Assembly (NCBI GenBank): GCA_017537195.1
Contig: JAFYLF010000045.1
Location: 951 to 64,950, forward strand
DNA: 64,000 bases
Origin: Clostridia bacterium
GTDB taxonomy: Bacteria; Bacillota; Clostridia; Oscillospirales; Acutalibacteraceae
Direction: 5' to 3'
Shown: in pieces, positions 33,435 through 45,189 of the stretch
Numbering within the stretch: the stretch's first letter is position 1
How the letters are laid out: the number at the start of each line of letters is the position of its first letter
Position numbers and translations under genes: made by a program
Notes under the pieces: model-generated
What the model was told of the DNA's origin: nothing
Databases searched by the model: none
Seen by the model: the letters and a program-made list of their open reading frames with translations, nothing else

Positions 33435-36065
33435 ATGGCAAAAGAATTAGCCAAGCAGTATAACCCCAAGGATGTTGAAGACAGAATTTATAAAACATGG
33501 CTTGAGGGCAAGTACTTCCACGCTAAATGCGAAGAGGGAAAGGAAACCTACACAATAGTTATTCCCCCACCAAACATTACAGGTCAGCTTCATATGGGAC
33601 ATGCGCTTGATAATACTTTACAGGATATTCTTATCCGCTTTAAGCGTATGCAAGGGTTTGATACCTTGTGGCTTCCCGGTACTGACCACGCTTCAATCGC
33701 CACCGAGGCTAAAATTGTTGAAAAAATGCGTGAAGAGGGCATCACAAAAGAGGATTTAGGCCGTGAAGGCTTTTTAGAACGCGCATGGGAATGGAAAAAG
33801 CAATACGGCGGAAGAATTATTGAACAGCTCAAAAAAATGGGTTCTTCTTGTGACTGGGACCGTGAAAGATTCACATTAGACGAAGGCTGTAATAAGGCTG
33901 TTAACGAAGTTTTTGTAAAACTTTACGAAAAGGGACTTATCTACCGTGGTGAGCGCATAATCAACTGGTGTCCCCATTGTATGACTTCAATTTCTGACGC
34001 TGAGGTTGAATATGAAGAACAAGCTGGTCATTTCTGGCACTTGCGTTATCCTTTCTCGGATGGTAGCGGTTATTTAGAACTTGCTACAACCCGTCCTGAA
34101 ACCTTGCTCGGCGATACTGCGGTTGCAGTAAACCCCAATGACGAAAGATATAAGGATATTATTGGTAAAACCTTAATTTTGCCTTTAGTACACCGTGAAA
34201 TTCCCGTTATTGCCGATGATTATGTTGAAATAGAATTTGGTACAGGTGTTGTTAAAATCACCCCTGCGCACGACCCAAATGACTTTGAAGTAGGTCTTCG
34301 CCATAATCTTCCCGTTATCAATGTTATGACCGATGACGCCAAGATTACCGAAGATTATCCAAAGTATGCAGGTATGGATAGATACGAAGCAAGAAAGGCA
34401 ATCGTTGCTGATTTAGAAGCCGAGGGCGCACTTGTTCGTATTGAAGATTACACTCATAATGTTGGTACTTGCTACCGCTGTAGTTCAACCGTTGAACCCC
34501 GTGTATCAAAGCAATGGTTTGTTAAAATGAAGCCTTTGGCTACACCGGCTATCGACGCTGTTAAAAAAGGTGACACAAAGTTCGTTCCGCAGCGTTTTGA
34601 AAAGGTTTATTTCCACTGGCTTGAAAATATCCGTGACTGGTGTATTTCCCGTCAGCTTTGGTGGGGACATAGAATCCCTGCTTGGTACTGCGCTGACTGT
34701 GGCGAAATTACTGTTTCTAAAACAGAAGCACACGAATGTAAGCACTGCGGTAGTAAGAATATAACCCAAGACCCCGATACTCTTGATACTTGGTTCTCAT
34801 CTGCTTTGTGGCCGTTTTCAACTCTCGGTTGGCCTGAAGAAACCGAAGATTTCAAGCACTATTATCCCACAAATACTCTTGTAACAGGCTATGATATTAT
34901 TCCTTTCTGGGTTATGAGAATGATGTTTAGCGGTATCGAGCAAACAGGTCAAGTGCCGTTTGATACTGTTCTTATCCACGGTCTTGTTCGTGACAGTCAG
35001 GGTAGAAAAATGTCTAAATCTTTGGGCAACGGTGTTGATCCGTTAGAAGTAATCGACACCTATGGCGCTGATGCGCTTCGCTTCTCTTTGGCTACAGGTA
35101 ACAGCCCAGGTAATGATATGCGATATATCCCTGAGCGTGTGGAAGCCAGCCGTAACTTTGCCAACAAGATTTGGAATGCCGCAAGATTTATTTTAATGAA
35201 TCTTGAAAATGATAGCGAACTTCCGCTTGATATTTCGGCTTTAGCACTTGAAGATAAGTGGATTCTCTCAAAATATAATACTTTGGTTGCAGAAGTTACC
35301 GATAATCTCGATAAGTTCGAATTAGGTCTTGCCGTACAAAAACTTTACGACTTTATTTGGGACGTATTTTGCGATTGGTATATCGAAATTTGCAAAGCCC
35401 GTCTAAACGGCGAAGATAAAAAGGCAAAGGATACAGCACGAAGTGTGCTTGTGTATGTATTTACAAACACCTTAAAGTTGCTCCATCCCTTTATGCCATT
35501 TATCACTGAAGAAGTATGGCTTAGTATGCCACACTCGGGTGAAAGCATTATGATTTCCGAGTGGCCCAAGTTCTCGGCTGAACTCGAATTCAAGGCTGAA
35601 GAAGGCGACTTCGAAAAGATTATGGCGGTAATTCGTGCTATTCGTAATAGAAGAGCCGAAATGAATGTTCCGCCCTCTAAAAAAGCAAAGGTGTTTATCG
35701 TATCAAACGATAACAAGACTTTTGAGAGCGGCAGCGCATATATTTGCCGCCTCGGTTTTGCGTCAAGTGTTGAAACTGCAGATAGTTTCGAAGCCGAGGG
35801 CTCGGTTCGTGTTATTACCGATAATGCGACAGTTTATATGCCGATGAAGGAACTCGTTGATGTAACTGCTGAAATTGAGCGACTTCGTAAAGACCTTAAG
35901 AAAGCCGAAGAAGACAAAGTGTTCTTTGAGAAAAAACTTTCAAATGAAGGCTTCTTGGCAAAGGCTCCGGCACAGCTTGTTGAAAAACAAAAAGAGGGCT
36001 TACAGAAAGCGCTTGATAAAATAGCACTTATTTTAGATAGCATTAAAGACCTTGAGAATATGTAA
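33435..36065 (+). CDS. valS: valine--tRNA ligase
   Basis: 876 aa. [15 protein letters not shown] (HIGH), KMSKSLGN (KMSKS), C-terminal coiled coil. Confidence 0.95.
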   Translation: MAKELAKQYNPKDVEDRIYKTWLEGKYFHAKCEEGKETYTIVIPPPNITGQLHMGHALDNTLQDILIRFKRMQGFDTLWLPGTDHASIATEAKIVEKMREEGITKEDLGREGFLERAWEWKKQYGGRIIEQLKKMGSSCDWDRERFTLDEGCNKAVNEVFVKLYEKGLIYRGERIINWCPHCMTSISDAEVEYEEQAGHFWHLRYPFSDGSGYLELATTRPETLLGDTAVAVNPNDERYKDIIGKTLILPLVHREIPVIADDYVEIEFGTGVVKITPAHDPNDFEVGLRHNLPVINVMTDDAKITEDYPKYAGMDRYEARKAIVADLEAEGALVRIEDYTHNVGTCYRCSSTVEPRVSKQWFVKMKPLATPAIDAVKKGDTKFVPQRFEKVYFHWLENIRDWCISRQLWWGHRIPAWYCADCGEITVSKTEAHECKHCGSKNITQDPDTLDTWFSSALWPFSTLGWPEETEDFKHYYPTNTLVTGYDIIPFWVMRMMFSGIEQTGQVPFDTVLIHGLVRDSQGRKMSKSLGNGVDPLEVIDTYGADALRFSLATGNSPGNDMRYIPERVEASRNFANKIWNAARFILMNLENDSELPLDISALALEDKWILSKYNTLVAEVTDNLDKFELGLAVQKLYDFIWDVFCDWYIEICKARLNGEDKKAKDTARSVLVYVFTNTLKLLHPFMPFITEEVWLSMPHSGESIMISEWPKFSAELEFKAEEGDFEKIMAVIRAIRNRRAEMNVPPSKKAKVFIVSNDNKTFESGSAYICRLGFASSVETADSFEAEGSVRVITDNATVYMPMKELVDVTAEIERLRKDLKKAEEDKVFFEKKLSNEGFLAKAPAQLVEKQKEGLQKALDKIALILDSIKDLENM

Positions 36066-36075
36066 TTCCTATATG

Positions 36076-36108
36076 AAAGGTGCGATATTAGTCTATCGCA
36101 CCTTTTTT
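36076..36108 (+). terminator. rho-independent terminator after valS
   Basis: AAAGGTGCGATA ... TATCGCACCTTTTTT. Confidence 0.75.
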
Positions 36109-36226
36109 GGAAGTAAAACACATCATCAGTACCCTGCATTTTACAGGCACTGTTTTTCACGGTTTTGCTTCCGAAAATATATTGTGTAATTTTTATTTTA
36201 AAATTCTTGTTAATTTTTGGTGAAAA

Positions 36227-37435
36227 ATGAATTATAACGAAACTTTAAATTATATTCATTCGCTTGGCAACTTCGGATTAGAGCCAACCTTAAATAGAAT
36301 AAAATCAGTGTTAGAAAAACTGGGAAATCCGCAAAACGATTCCCCCAGTGTTCATATAGCGGGTACTAACGGTAAGGGCTCGGTTTCGGCGATGCTTCAC
36401 AGTATTTTTTGTGAGAGTGGTAAAAAAACAGGACTTTTTATTTCGCCTTTTATTATCGATTTTCGTGAAAGAATTCAAATAAATGGTGAATTTATAAGCG
36501 AAGCCGACCTTGTAAGACTTTCGCAAAAGGTGATTGATACTAAAATAAAACTCACCGAGTTTGAGTTTATAACAGCGGTGGCATTTTTATATTTTAGCGA
36601 GCAAAAATGTGATATTGCGGTAATTGAAACAGGGCTTGGCGGACGGCTTGATGCCACAAATGCACTAACCAAAGTGAAAGCCAATGTTATAACAAAAATC
36701 GGGCTTGACCATACTGCAATTCTTGGCGATACAATAGAGAAAATTACTTGTGAAAAGTGCGGTATTATTAAAGACTGTCCTGTTATTACAAGTATTAATC
36801 AACCGAAAGAAGCGCTTGGAATTTTAGAGCAGTACAACCCAATAATCCCCGAAAATAATGAATTACAAGTTTTAAAAAGTGATATTTTCGGGAATCAGTT
36901 TACCTATAAAGGCGAAGTGTATGAAACCTCGCTTTCAGGGGAATTTCAAATCGAAAATTCGCTTATCGCAATAGAAACCGCAAAAACTCTATGTGTTCCT
37001 ATTGAGATTATAAAAAGAGGAATAGAAAAAACGCAGTTCCCAGCCCGTATGGAAGTAATATCACAGAAACCGCTTGTGGTGCTTGATGGCGCCCACAACC
37101 CCGACGGCGCCGATGCTTTATCACGAATGATGAAAAAATATAAGGGTAAAATCACCGCTATTGTCGGTATGTGCAAGGATAAAGACTGCCAGGAGGTTTT
37201 GGCAAAAACCTTGCCTTACTGTAAAAAAGCGGTGGCGGTAGAGGTGAAAGATTTTCCCCGTGCATTAAAGTGCGAAGAACTAAAAATAATGGCAAGTAAA
37301 TATTGCCCTTGCGATACCGCTAAAAGTTATACCGAAGCGATAGAAAAAGTCTTAAATGAAGATGTGGTTTTCGTCTTCGGTTCGCTATATCTTGCTTCTG
37401 CTATCAGGGATAAATTAAAAAATTTTTACAACTAA
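36227..37435 (+). CDS. folC: folylpolyglutamate synthase / dihydrofolate synthase
   Basis: 402 aa. HIAGTNGKGS P-loop. Mur-ligase-like layout. Follows valS as in Bacillus. Confidence 0.9.
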   Translation: MNYNETLNYIHSLGNFGLEPTLNRIKSVLEKLGNPQNDSPSVHIAGTNGKGSVSAMLHSIFCESGKKTGLFISPFIIDFRERIQINGEFISEADLVRLSQKVIDTKIKLTEFEFITAVAFLYFSEQKCDIAVIETGLGGRLDATNALTKVKANVITKIGLDHTAILGDTIEKITCEKCGIIKDCPVITSINQPKEALGILEQYNPIIPENNELQVLKSDIFGNQFTYKGEVYETSLSGEFQIENSLIAIETAKTLCVPIEIIKRGIEKTQFPARMEVISQKPLVVLDGAHNPDGADALSRMMKKYKGKITAIVGMCKDKDCQEVLAKTLPYCKKAVAVEVKDFPRALKCEELKIMASKYCPCDTAKSYTEAIEKVLNEDVVFVFGSLYLASAIRDKLKNFYN

Positions 37436-37457
37436 CCAAATAACGACAAAATTTTTA

Positions 37458-37500
37458 AGGACAAACCTTTATTATAGTATAAGGGTTTGTCCTATTTTTA
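37458..37500 (+). terminator. rho-independent terminator after folC
   Basis: AGGACAAACC ... GGTTTGTCCT stem followed by ATTTTTATTTT. Confidence 0.65.
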
Positions 37501-37516
37501 TTTTGGAGGGTGAAAA

Positions 37517-37843
37517 ATGTCAGTAGAAATAAATGTGACGGGCGAAGTTGTGACAGCCTATTTGTCGGGTGAATTGGACCATCATTCCGCCAAACAAATG
37601 CGTGAGGCGATAGATACGGCTGTAGAGCTTAATATGCCATCACTTTTAGTGCTTGATTTTTCAGGTATTTCGTTTATGGATAGTTCGGGAATTGGTCTTG
37701 TTATGGGAAGATATCGCAATCTTCAAAAAGCGGGGGCAGAGCTTCATATAAACGGCGCACCGCCTAATATTTATAAGGTTATGAAGCTTGCGGGCATAGA
37801 AAAATTAGCAAAATTGGAAGGTGGAAAAACGGATGGTAAATAA
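37517..37843 (+). CDS. spoIIAA: anti-sigma F factor antagonist (STAS domain)
   Basis: 108 aa. GELDHHSA ... FMDSSGIGLVMGRY with the phosphorylatable Ser motif. First gene of the spoIIA operon. Confidence 0.9.
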   Translation: MSVEINVTGEVVTAYLSGELDHHSAKQMREAIDTAVELNMPSLLVLDFSGISFMDSSGIGLVMGRYRNLQKAGAELHINGAPPNIYKVMKLAGIEKLAKLEGGKTDGK

Positions 37844-38273
37844 TAGCTTTAGTATGACACTTTTATCACGCTCTTCAAATGAGAGCTTTGCAAGAGCCAC
37901 AGTTTCGGCTTTTGCTTCGCAACTGGACCCCACGCTCGAAGAAATCAGCGATATTAAAACCGCTGTATCAGAGGCGGTGACAAATTGTATTGTTCATGCG
38001 TATAACAGCGGAATAGGGAAAATTTACATATCGGCAGAGCTTATTGAACCAAACACTATTAAGATTAAAATTCGGGATAGGGGAAAGGGTATTGAAAATG
38101 TGCCTAAAGCAATGGAACCGCTCTTTACCACTGTTGGCGGAGAACGTGCAGGGCTTGGCTTTGCGGTAATGATGTCCTTTATGGATAGCGTTAAGGTGCG
38201 TTCTAAAGTCGGCAAAGGCACAACCATTATTATGTCAAAGAAAATCAGCCAACGATTCAGCGTAAATGGTTGA
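37833..38273 (+). CDS. spoIIAB: anti-sigma F factor (serine kinase)
   Basis: ATG at 37833 lies 8 nt after GGTGG and overlaps the spoIIAA stop. GHKL kinase motifs (AVSEAVTNCIVHAY, GKGIEN, ERAGLGF). The GTG at 37821 in the ORF track is less likely. Confidence 0.9.
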   Translation: MVNNSFSMTLLSRSSNESFARATVSAFASQLDPTLEEISDIKTAVSEAVTNCIVHAYNSGIGKIYISAELIEPNTIKIKIRDRGKGIENVPKAMEPLFTTVGGERAGLGFAVMMSFMDSVKVRSKVGKGTTIIMSKKISQRFSVNG

Positions 38274-38931
38274 GGAGGCTTTAAATCGCGAAGAAGTTAT
38301 AGAAAAAAATTTACCGCTTGTGCATTCACTTTGCCGCCGTTTTATCGGTCGTGGAATAGAGTATGACGATTTATATCAGGCAGGGTGCATAGGGCTTATA
38401 AAGGCGGTGGATGCCTTTGACAGCGAAAAAGGGTTTGCTTTTTCAACCTATGCGGTACCTGTTATTATGGGTGAAGTGCGCAGGCTTTTTCGTGATGGGG
38501 GAGCGGTAAAGGTTTCAAGAAGTGTAAAGGAACTGTATTTAAAAATCACAAAACAAAAGCAAATTTTAGAGCAAGAACTTTGCCGGGAACCAACTGTTTC
38601 GGAAATAGCAAAAAGCCTTAATGTAAGCGCAGAAGATGTGACCGAGGCGCTGTGTGCGGGGCAGTCACCCGTTTCGCTAACTGTGGAAAGCGATGACGGA
38701 ATAACCGAAACCGATTTGCCGACAGTTTCTCTTGAGGATAAAATATTCGACCGAATTTTATTAGATAGCGCATTTCAGTATCTTTCAGAAGAGGAAATCA
38801 AAATTATCAAATACCGCTATTACGGTTCTTTAACCCAAAGTAAAACCGCAAAAATACTTAATATGTCACAAGTTCAGGTATCCCGCGCAGAGAAGAAAAT
38901 CTTACAAAAACTCCGAAATGTTTTATTATAG
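38266..38931 (+). CDS. sigF: sporulation sigma factor SigF
   Basis: Region 2 (DDLYQAGCIGLIKAVDAFD ... FSTYAVPVIMGEVRRLFRD) and region 4 (QSKTAKILNMSQVQVSRAEKKIL). Operon context. Confidence 0.9.
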   Translation: MVEEALNREEVIEKNLPLVHSLCRRFIGRGIEYDDLYQAGCIGLIKAVDAFDSEKGFAFSTYAVPVIMGEVRRLFRDGGAVKVSRSVKELYLKITKQKQILEQELCREPTVSEIAKSLNVSAEDVTEALCAGQSPVSLTVESDDGITETDLPTVSLEDKIFDRILLDSAFQYLSEEEIKIIKYRYYGSLTQSKTAKILNMSQVQVSRAEKKILQKLRNVLL

Positions 38932-38979
38932 AAAATTCTTGTATTATTAGATTTATAATTAGTTGCGGTAAAAAAAGAA

Positions 38980-39012
38980 AGAGAAGACTCATTGTTGAAA
39001 TGAATCTTCTCT
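38980..39012 (+). terminator. terminator after sigF
   Basis: AGAGAAGACTCAT / ATGAATCTTCTCT 13-bp stem (one mismatch) followed by ATTTC. Confidence 0.5.
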
Positions 39013-39149
39013 ATTTCAATATTAGTTTGATTAGGTTTAGTTCTAACTGCATTTGTATTTATAAATGCAGTTAAATTTAACAACTATGAAATATGCTTTT
39101 TTGTTTAGCGTTAAGCATATCACGCTTTTATGAGAGGTTTTTAATGATT

Positions 39150-39773
39150 TTAATCTTCCTCAACTTCAACGGTAGGTTGCGCTTCAATAGTAACTGGTTT
39201 TAAACTATTATATGCATTTGTATAAGTTGCTTGCATATAGGGTCCAACCCAGATATAAGCTATACCGAAGGTAATGGTACAAAGTAATGCCCAACCTATA
39301 AATGAAAGACCAAGAACGAAGAGATCCATTTTATGTCCTTCTGTCATAGCTTTGGATTCGTTTATGCATTCTAATGCAGGTTTGCCTTTGTTTTCTGCTA
39401 ATATGTATAATGACATAGAATAAGAAAAAGACTTAATTATACCGGGAATAATGAATAATAAAGACCAAAGGAAAGTAAACAAACCAACGAGGAATGTTAC
39501 TTTAAAAGCTGACCAAAAATCATCAAATCCGGAAAAGCATCCCCCTGCCTTAGGATATCCACCTTTAACGACATTTAAGTAAACACGAATTAAACTAATA
39601 GTAAGTGCAGGGGTAATGATTACTGACATTACAATGCCGCCAAAAGGAATAAAATTGAGAATGACACTGACAACAAGTGAAAACAAAAATATAATCAATG
39701 AAATAAGAAAAAGAATACCGATTTTACCTTTGATTTGCTCTTTTGCTGCCGCTTTTAATTCTGTTCTGTTCAT
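39150..39773 (-). CDS. DUF975 family membrane protein
   Basis: 207 aa. The N-terminus MNRTELKAAAKEQIKGKIGILFL and the 4-5 TM layout are typical of DUF975. Confidence 0.65.
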   Translation of the reverse strand: MNRTELKAAAKEQIKGKIGILFLISLIIFLFSLVVSVILNFIPFGGIVMSVIITPALTISLIRVYLNVVKGGYPKAGGCFSGFDDFWSAFKVTFLVGLFTFLWSLLFIIPGIIKSFSYSMSLYILAENKGKPALECINESKAMTEGHKMDLFVLGLSFIGWALLCTITFGIAYIWVGPYMQATYTNAYNSLKPVTIEAQPTVEVEED

Positions 39774-39845
39774 AAAAAATCTCCTCCAAGTTCAAATGCG
39801 AAGAAAGCGATGTTCCCACACCATTATTTAACCATAAAATTCAAT

Positions 39846-39876
39846 AAAATGCAACCTTTTTTTAAGGTTGCATTTT
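39846..39876. terminator. palindromic terminator
   Basis: AAAATGCAACC TTTTTTTAA GGTTGCATTTT, downstream of the minus-strand lipoprotein gene. Confidence 0.65.
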
Positions 39877-39942
39877 ATTATTTGCTGATATCGTTGAGTT
39901 GTAATTTTTCAAAGTATAACCCTTAATTGAGAGTTTTTTTGT

Positions 39943-41007
39943 TTAATACTGTGGTTCTTTTATGTTTTTAACCTTGAACTGATTTACAGCGTATTTGTTG
40001 ATTTCGGCTTCAAGCTTTTCAGCCTGCTTTTCCATATCCTTGGAATATTCTTCATATTTCAAAAGCTGGCGAACGGTCATATCCATATTTTCAAGATAGT
40101 AGCCGTCGGCAGTGATATCCTGTTTTACAACAAGGCAATAGCCTGCGTTTTCTGCTTTCTCGATAAGCTTAACTTCGCCGGTTTTTAATTCTTTTATTTC
40201 TTTGTAATATTCGTGCTCATAGCCTGTGCCTTCTTTGCCGATAACTGTTGCATGGGGGTCTTTAGGTCCGCCTTCGGTTTCTTCGTGTTTATGGTTTTCT
40301 TCTTTGTTATAGTCAACATAAACTTCTTCGAAGGTCATTTTGCGGTTTTTGAGATTTTTTTCATATTCTACAAATTTATTTTTAATGGCGGTTTTTTCTG
40401 TGTCGGTTTCTTCCGAGAAGGTCACTTCCAATAAATTAGCAATAAGGAAGTCGGAATAAAGTTTTGTTTCAACATCTGCGGCTGCGATTTCCTTTTCTCC
40501 GCCTTTACCGTAAAGGTGTTCGAAATAAAGACCTGCGTAGCTGCCGTCTAACATATATACAGTGTAGGTATCTTGTGATACACCGTTAGGCTCAAATAAT
40601 TCGGAATAACCATAGCTTGACCAGTAGAATGAAGCATAATACTCGGTATTTGCACGATCTTCGTCGGTTAATTCGAGCTTGTTGTCACGGCAAAGTGATT
40701 TGTAAATTGAAGTTTCTTTTAAAGTTTCAATGGCTCGGTCCTTAACCCAATCTGAAAAAGATTTTTCTTCGATTTTCTTCGAGAAAAAGTCGATTTCAGT
40801 GGAAGAAGCCTCTTCTTCCGAAAGGTTGTTGTAAACCTCTTGCTGACCTTCCATATATGCATTGATAAGGGCGCACATATAATATCCAGAAGTGTATTCG
40901 TGACCATCGATAGTCACTGCGATTTCATCCTTTGGGTGACAGCCGATTACAGTTAATGCCATAAGGCAAACCAAAGCGGCTGCAACAATTTTTTTGAAAA
41001 TGTTCAT
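39943..41007 (-). CDS. putative lipoprotein (possibly a PrsA/SurA-N-like foldase lacking a clear PPIase domain)
   Basis: ATG at 41007 (MNIFKKIVAAALVCLMALTVIGC) follows CGGAGGA. Lipobox present. Position downstream of mfd, where prsA-like genes often sit in Clostridia. The function call is weak. Confidence 0.45.
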   Translation of the reverse strand: MNIFKKIVAAALVCLMALTVIGCHPKDEIAVTIDGHEYTSGYYMCALINAYMEGQQEVYNNLSEEEASSTEIDFFSKKIEEKSFSDWVKDRAIETLKETSIYKSLCRDNKLELTDEDRANTEYYASFYWSSYGYSELFEPNGVSQDTYTVYMLDGSYAGLYFEHLYGKGGEKEIAAADVETKLYSDFLIANLLEVTFSEETDTEKTAIKNKFVEYEKNLKNRKMTFEEVYVDYNKEENHKHEETEGGPKDPHATVIGKEGTGYEHEYYKEIKELKTGEVKLIEKAENAGYCLVVKQDITADGYYLENMDMTVRQLLKYEEYSKDMEKQAEKLEAEINKYAVNQFKVKNIKEPQY

Positions 41008-41083
41008 TTTGTATCCTCCGTAATTTACATTCAATAAAATAATTATATAACAAATTTGCATGAAAGTCTATAAAAACTTTGCA

Positions 41084-44000
41084 TTATAAAACATTTGAAA
41101 GTTCTTTTATAAAATCGGTTAGTTTTTGCGATTTATCAAGTTTTATGGTATAAACGGGCTTTTCGGTTGCTGAAAGCAAAAATCTATTACCGAAAGCGGA
41201 TGATAGTTTCGCCATAGTCTCACTCTTTAGTGAATTGATATTAAGCACTACAGTATTGCCTTTTTGGTTGATTTCTGTAATTTGCGCCTCAAAGGCTTTG
41301 CTTCGCAAGAGTGCTATATCAATAAGCCCCATAACCGCAGTGGGCGGTTCTCCAAAACGGTCGCAAAGCTCGTCAATAACATCGCTTACATCGTCATTAT
41401 TTCTAATGGCGGCAATGCGCTTGTAAATACCAAGGCGGGCTGGGAGTGAGCTTATATAACTTTCGGGAATATGCGCCGAAACATTAAGATCAATAGTACA
41501 GGGGTTATCTTTTGGAACTTCTATGCCATTTTCCTCGTTTACAGCTTCTGACAAGAGTTTGAGGTACATATCATACCCAACAGATTCCATATTTCCGTGC
41601 TGTTCTCCGCCCAAAATACTGCCGGCGCCTCTTATTTCAAGGTCACGCATAGCAATACGGAAGCCTGAACCAAACTCGGTAAATTCTCGTATGGCTTCAA
41701 GTCTTTTTGAGGCAATATCCGAAAGCTGTTTATTTTTAGAAAAGCAAAAATAAGCGTAAGCACGGCGTGGTGAACGGCCAACCCTACCCCTTAACTGATG
41801 TAATTGTGAAAGCCCCATCTTGTCGGCGTCTTCGATTATAAGGGTATTTGCATTTGGTACATCCACACCCGTTTCAATGATGGTGGTGCAAACAAGTAAA
41901 TCAATTTCATGTTCTAAGAGCTGTTTCCACACGCCCGATAACTCTTGCTCGGTCATTTTTCCGTGGGCTACACCGATATTTATATCGGGCAGTTTTTGTT
42001 TAAGCTTTAGTGCGCACCGTTCTATTGTATCAACTCGGTTGTGCAGATAATAAACCTGACCGCCTCGGCGGATTTCTTTGTTTATGGCGTCGGCTATAAC
42101 GCCTAAATTGTATTCGAGCACATAGGTTTGAACAGGGTGACGGTCACCAGGGGCTTCGTCTATGGAAGACATATCACGAAGACCCGACATCGCCATATTG
42201 AGTGTTCGGGGAATAGGGGTTGCCGAAAGGGTTAGAATATCGACATTCGGGTATTCTTCTTTAAGTTTTTCCTTTTGGGCTACGCCGAAGCGTTGCTCCT
42301 CGTCAATAATTACGAGTCCCAAGTCCTTGAATTTTACATCATTTGAAATAAGACGATGTGTGCCTACAACCATATCAATCCTACCGCACTTAAGGTCGGT
42401 TATACTTTTTTGTTGCTGTTTTGGGGTGACAAAGCGGTTAAGAAGTTTGACTGTTACAGGCATTTCACCAAAACGTCGGATTATTGTATTGTAATGTTGC
42501 ATTGCAAGAATGGTGGTCGGCACCAAAAGTGCGCATTGTTTACCCTCGCTAATGCACTTAAAGGCGGCTCGTAGCGCTACCTCGGTTTTGCCAAATCCAC
42601 ATCACCGCACAAAAGACGGTCCATTGGAACCTCTCTCTCCATATCGCCCTTTATTTCATTTATACAGCGCAGTTGGTCTTCGGTTTCTTCATATTCAAAG
42701 CGTCGCTCGAAGTCATTTTGCAAATCGGTATCAGGCGAGAAGGCATAACCCTTTATTGCCATTCGTTTGGCATATAAAGCGGTTAACTGTTTAGCCATAT
42801 CACGAACTGCAGATTTTACACGTTTGCGTGTTTTTTGCCACTCGCTACCGCCAAGGCGGTTGATTTTAAGAGCGCCGTCACTCGCTGAGCCGATATAACG
42901 TGATACCAAATCAAGCTGAGTTACGGGAACATACAAAACATCGCTTTTGGCGTATTTTATTTTGATATAGTCTTTTGTGACTCTATCGTTTGTGATGCGG
43001 TTAATACCGTCAAAAATACCGATACCGTGGATTTCGTGAACCACATAATCGCCTTTTTTAAGACTATCGAGTGAGCCGATTTCCTGCCCTTTTTTATAAT
43101 GCGGTTTTTTACGCTTTTTCTCACCCGCAATATATCGGTGGGTTATTAGAATAAAGTTCTGACTTGGTATTTCAAAGCCACTGGACAGTCCGCCAAGGCT
43201 TACAGTCACAAGCCCTTTTTTATAACGGGGATTTTCGCTGAAAACGGCATTGATGCCCTTTTCCTGCAAAGCTGAAGTCAGCACCTTTGCGGCGCGGTTT
43301 TCACCCGCTAAAATAACGGCGCTGCCACCTGTTTTGAGGGTATAGCCTACATCCTCAAGCAGTACATTTATGTCACCGCTCCAAGCAGTTGAGCGCTTGA
43401 AGTTGAAGTTTATAATATCCTTAATTTTAACTTCGTATGCGGTTCGGGGGAAGTTTTCAAGAATAACGGCATTTTCGCAAAACTTTAAAAATTCGGCTTT
43501 TGTAAGCCAAAGTTTTGATGTTTTAAAATTAAGAAAACCCTCTTCTAAAAAATTTTCGCAGTCTATAGCGGTTTGGGTTTCAATACTTTGAAATCTTTCT
43601 TTCATATTACCCGAATCAGCCAATACAATAAGCGCATCTTTCAAATAATCGAAAACTGTATTGTTTTCGGGGAAAATTAGGGGTAAATAACGGTCGGGGA
43701 GTATGGAAATTCCGTTTTCCAAAGAGATTATATCGGCATAAATGCGGTTCTTTTGTTTATCGTTAAGTTTTTTGTCACCGCTTAAATTCTCTAATTTTTC
43801 TAAAAGATTTAAAGGGTTATATAAAACCTCACAAGCAGGGGTGATTTCGATACTTTCGACTGCATCGCTTCGGCGCTGTGTTTCGGTATCAAAGGGGGAT
43901 ATTGTGTCAATTTCATCACCCCAAAATTCAAGGCGGTAGGGAGTAGTACTCGCAGTGGGGTAAATATCAAAAATACCGCCACGGTGTGAGAATGTACCAA

Positions 44001-44505
44001 CACCTTCGCAAATTTCGGTTTTTACATATCCGCTGTCTATTAGGCGGGATATAAGGGAATCGGTTGAAATGGTGTCACCGCTTTTAAGTGTGAAGTTGGC
44101 ATTAGCCAAAACTTCGGGAGGGGTTGTGTATTGCAAACTCGAATCAAGCGATAATGTAAGCACGCTAAAGTCCCCGCCTAAAAGTTTAGACAGGGTGTCA
44201 GTACGCTTGTGTTCATATTCTTTTGAGTAGCCTTTAATGTCACCTATACAGTAATCTCTCGACGGAAGATTTACACAGTTAATTCCCATTCCGATAAGGT
44301 CTGCGGTGATTTCCAAAGCCGAGCTTTCGTCGGGGGTGATTACCGCAATTTTTCGGTTTGTGTCACGGCTTAAAGCCGAAATTATAGCCGATTTATGCAC
44401 ATTTGATAGACCCGTGCAGGCGAGCGGCGTGCGACCTTTTAATATTCCGTTTAAAAGGGAATTATAATCGCTGTCGCAGTTTAAAACTTCTCTAATAAAT
44501 TCCAT
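41084..44505 (-). pseudogene. mfd: transcription-repair coupling factor Mfd, reading frame broken by a 1-nt deletion in the Walker A codons (or assembly error)
   Basis: ORF 42577-44505 ends ...MDRLLCGDVDLAKPR*. Restoring one G in GTGGATTTGGC (plus-strand CC at 42597-42598) gives [39 protein letters not shown], which continues seamlessly into ORF 41084-42526. Confidence 0.85.
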
Positions 44506-44506
44506 A

Positions 44507-45097
44507 TTAATTACTGTACTTGTTCATAGCCGAGTCGATACCACGGTTTATGATTTCACACACCGCTTTTGAAACTTTTTCGAGAGCGGCTTCAAGGTCT
44601 TTTTCACTTTCCTTCGGGAACTTTGAGAGAACCCAGTCAACCAAGTCATAATCGGGATGGGGCTTTTTGCCAACGCCTACTTTAATGCGGGTAATCTCGT
44701 CAGTGCCAAGAAGCTCAATAATATCACGCATACCTTTTTGACCGCCATCACTGCCTTTTCGGCGGATACGGATTTTGCCGATATCAAGGTTGATATCGTC
44801 GCATATTACGATAATACGGTCGGTCGGTATCTTGTAAAACTTGGCGATTTGTGATACCGCAGTTCCCGAATTATTCATATAGGTTTGCGGTTTTGCGACG
44901 AGCACTCGGTTTTTACCCACCTTACATTCACCGAAAACAGCTTGCATTTTATTTTTTGAAAAATCGCCGTTTTGGTTTTTCATAAAGAGATCAACCGATA
45001 AGAACCCTGCATTGTGACGGGTGTTTTCGTACTGAAGCCCTGGGTTGCCAAGACCTACTACGAACCAATCGTAAGTTGATTTTTTTGTAAATAACAT
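44507..45097 (-). CDS. pth: peptidyl-tRNA hydrolase
   Basis: 196 aa. GLGNPGLQYENTRHNAGF signature. Directly upstream of mfd. Confidence 0.9.
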   Translation of the reverse strand: MLFTKKSTYDWFVVGLGNPGLQYENTRHNAGFLSVDLFMKNQNGDFSKNKMQAVFGECKVGKNRVLVAKPQTYMNNSGTAVSQIAKFYKIPTDRIIVICDDINLDIGKIRIRRKGSDGGQKGMRDIIELLGTDEITRIKVGVGKKPHPDYDLVDWVLSKFPKESEKDLEAALEKVSKAVCEIINRGIDSAMNKYSN

Positions 45098-45152
45098 TTA
45101 ATCACCGCAAATATTTTATCATATATCATAGGTAGTTTCAAGTAAAAAAGTC

Positions 45153-45181
45153 TTGACACATATTAAAAAGGGGTGTAAAAT
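45153..45181 (+). promoter_or_regulatory. sigma-A promoter of the thrS leader
   Basis: TTGACA (45153-45158), 17-nt spacer, TAAAAT (45176-45181). Confidence 0.65.
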
Positions 45182-45189
45182 AATTTTGT

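Noticed and set aside
37821-37832. GTG start for spoIIAB as in the ORF track
   Set aside because: The ATG at 37833 has the better spacing from GGTGG and gives the usual roughly 146-aa SpoIIAB. The four extra codons are unnecessary.
41084-42526. Stand-alone 480-aa helicase-like gene
   Set aside because: It is the C-terminal two thirds of Mfd. It lacks its own Walker A and joins the upstream ORF when one nucleotide is restored, so it is treated as part of a frameshifted mfd.
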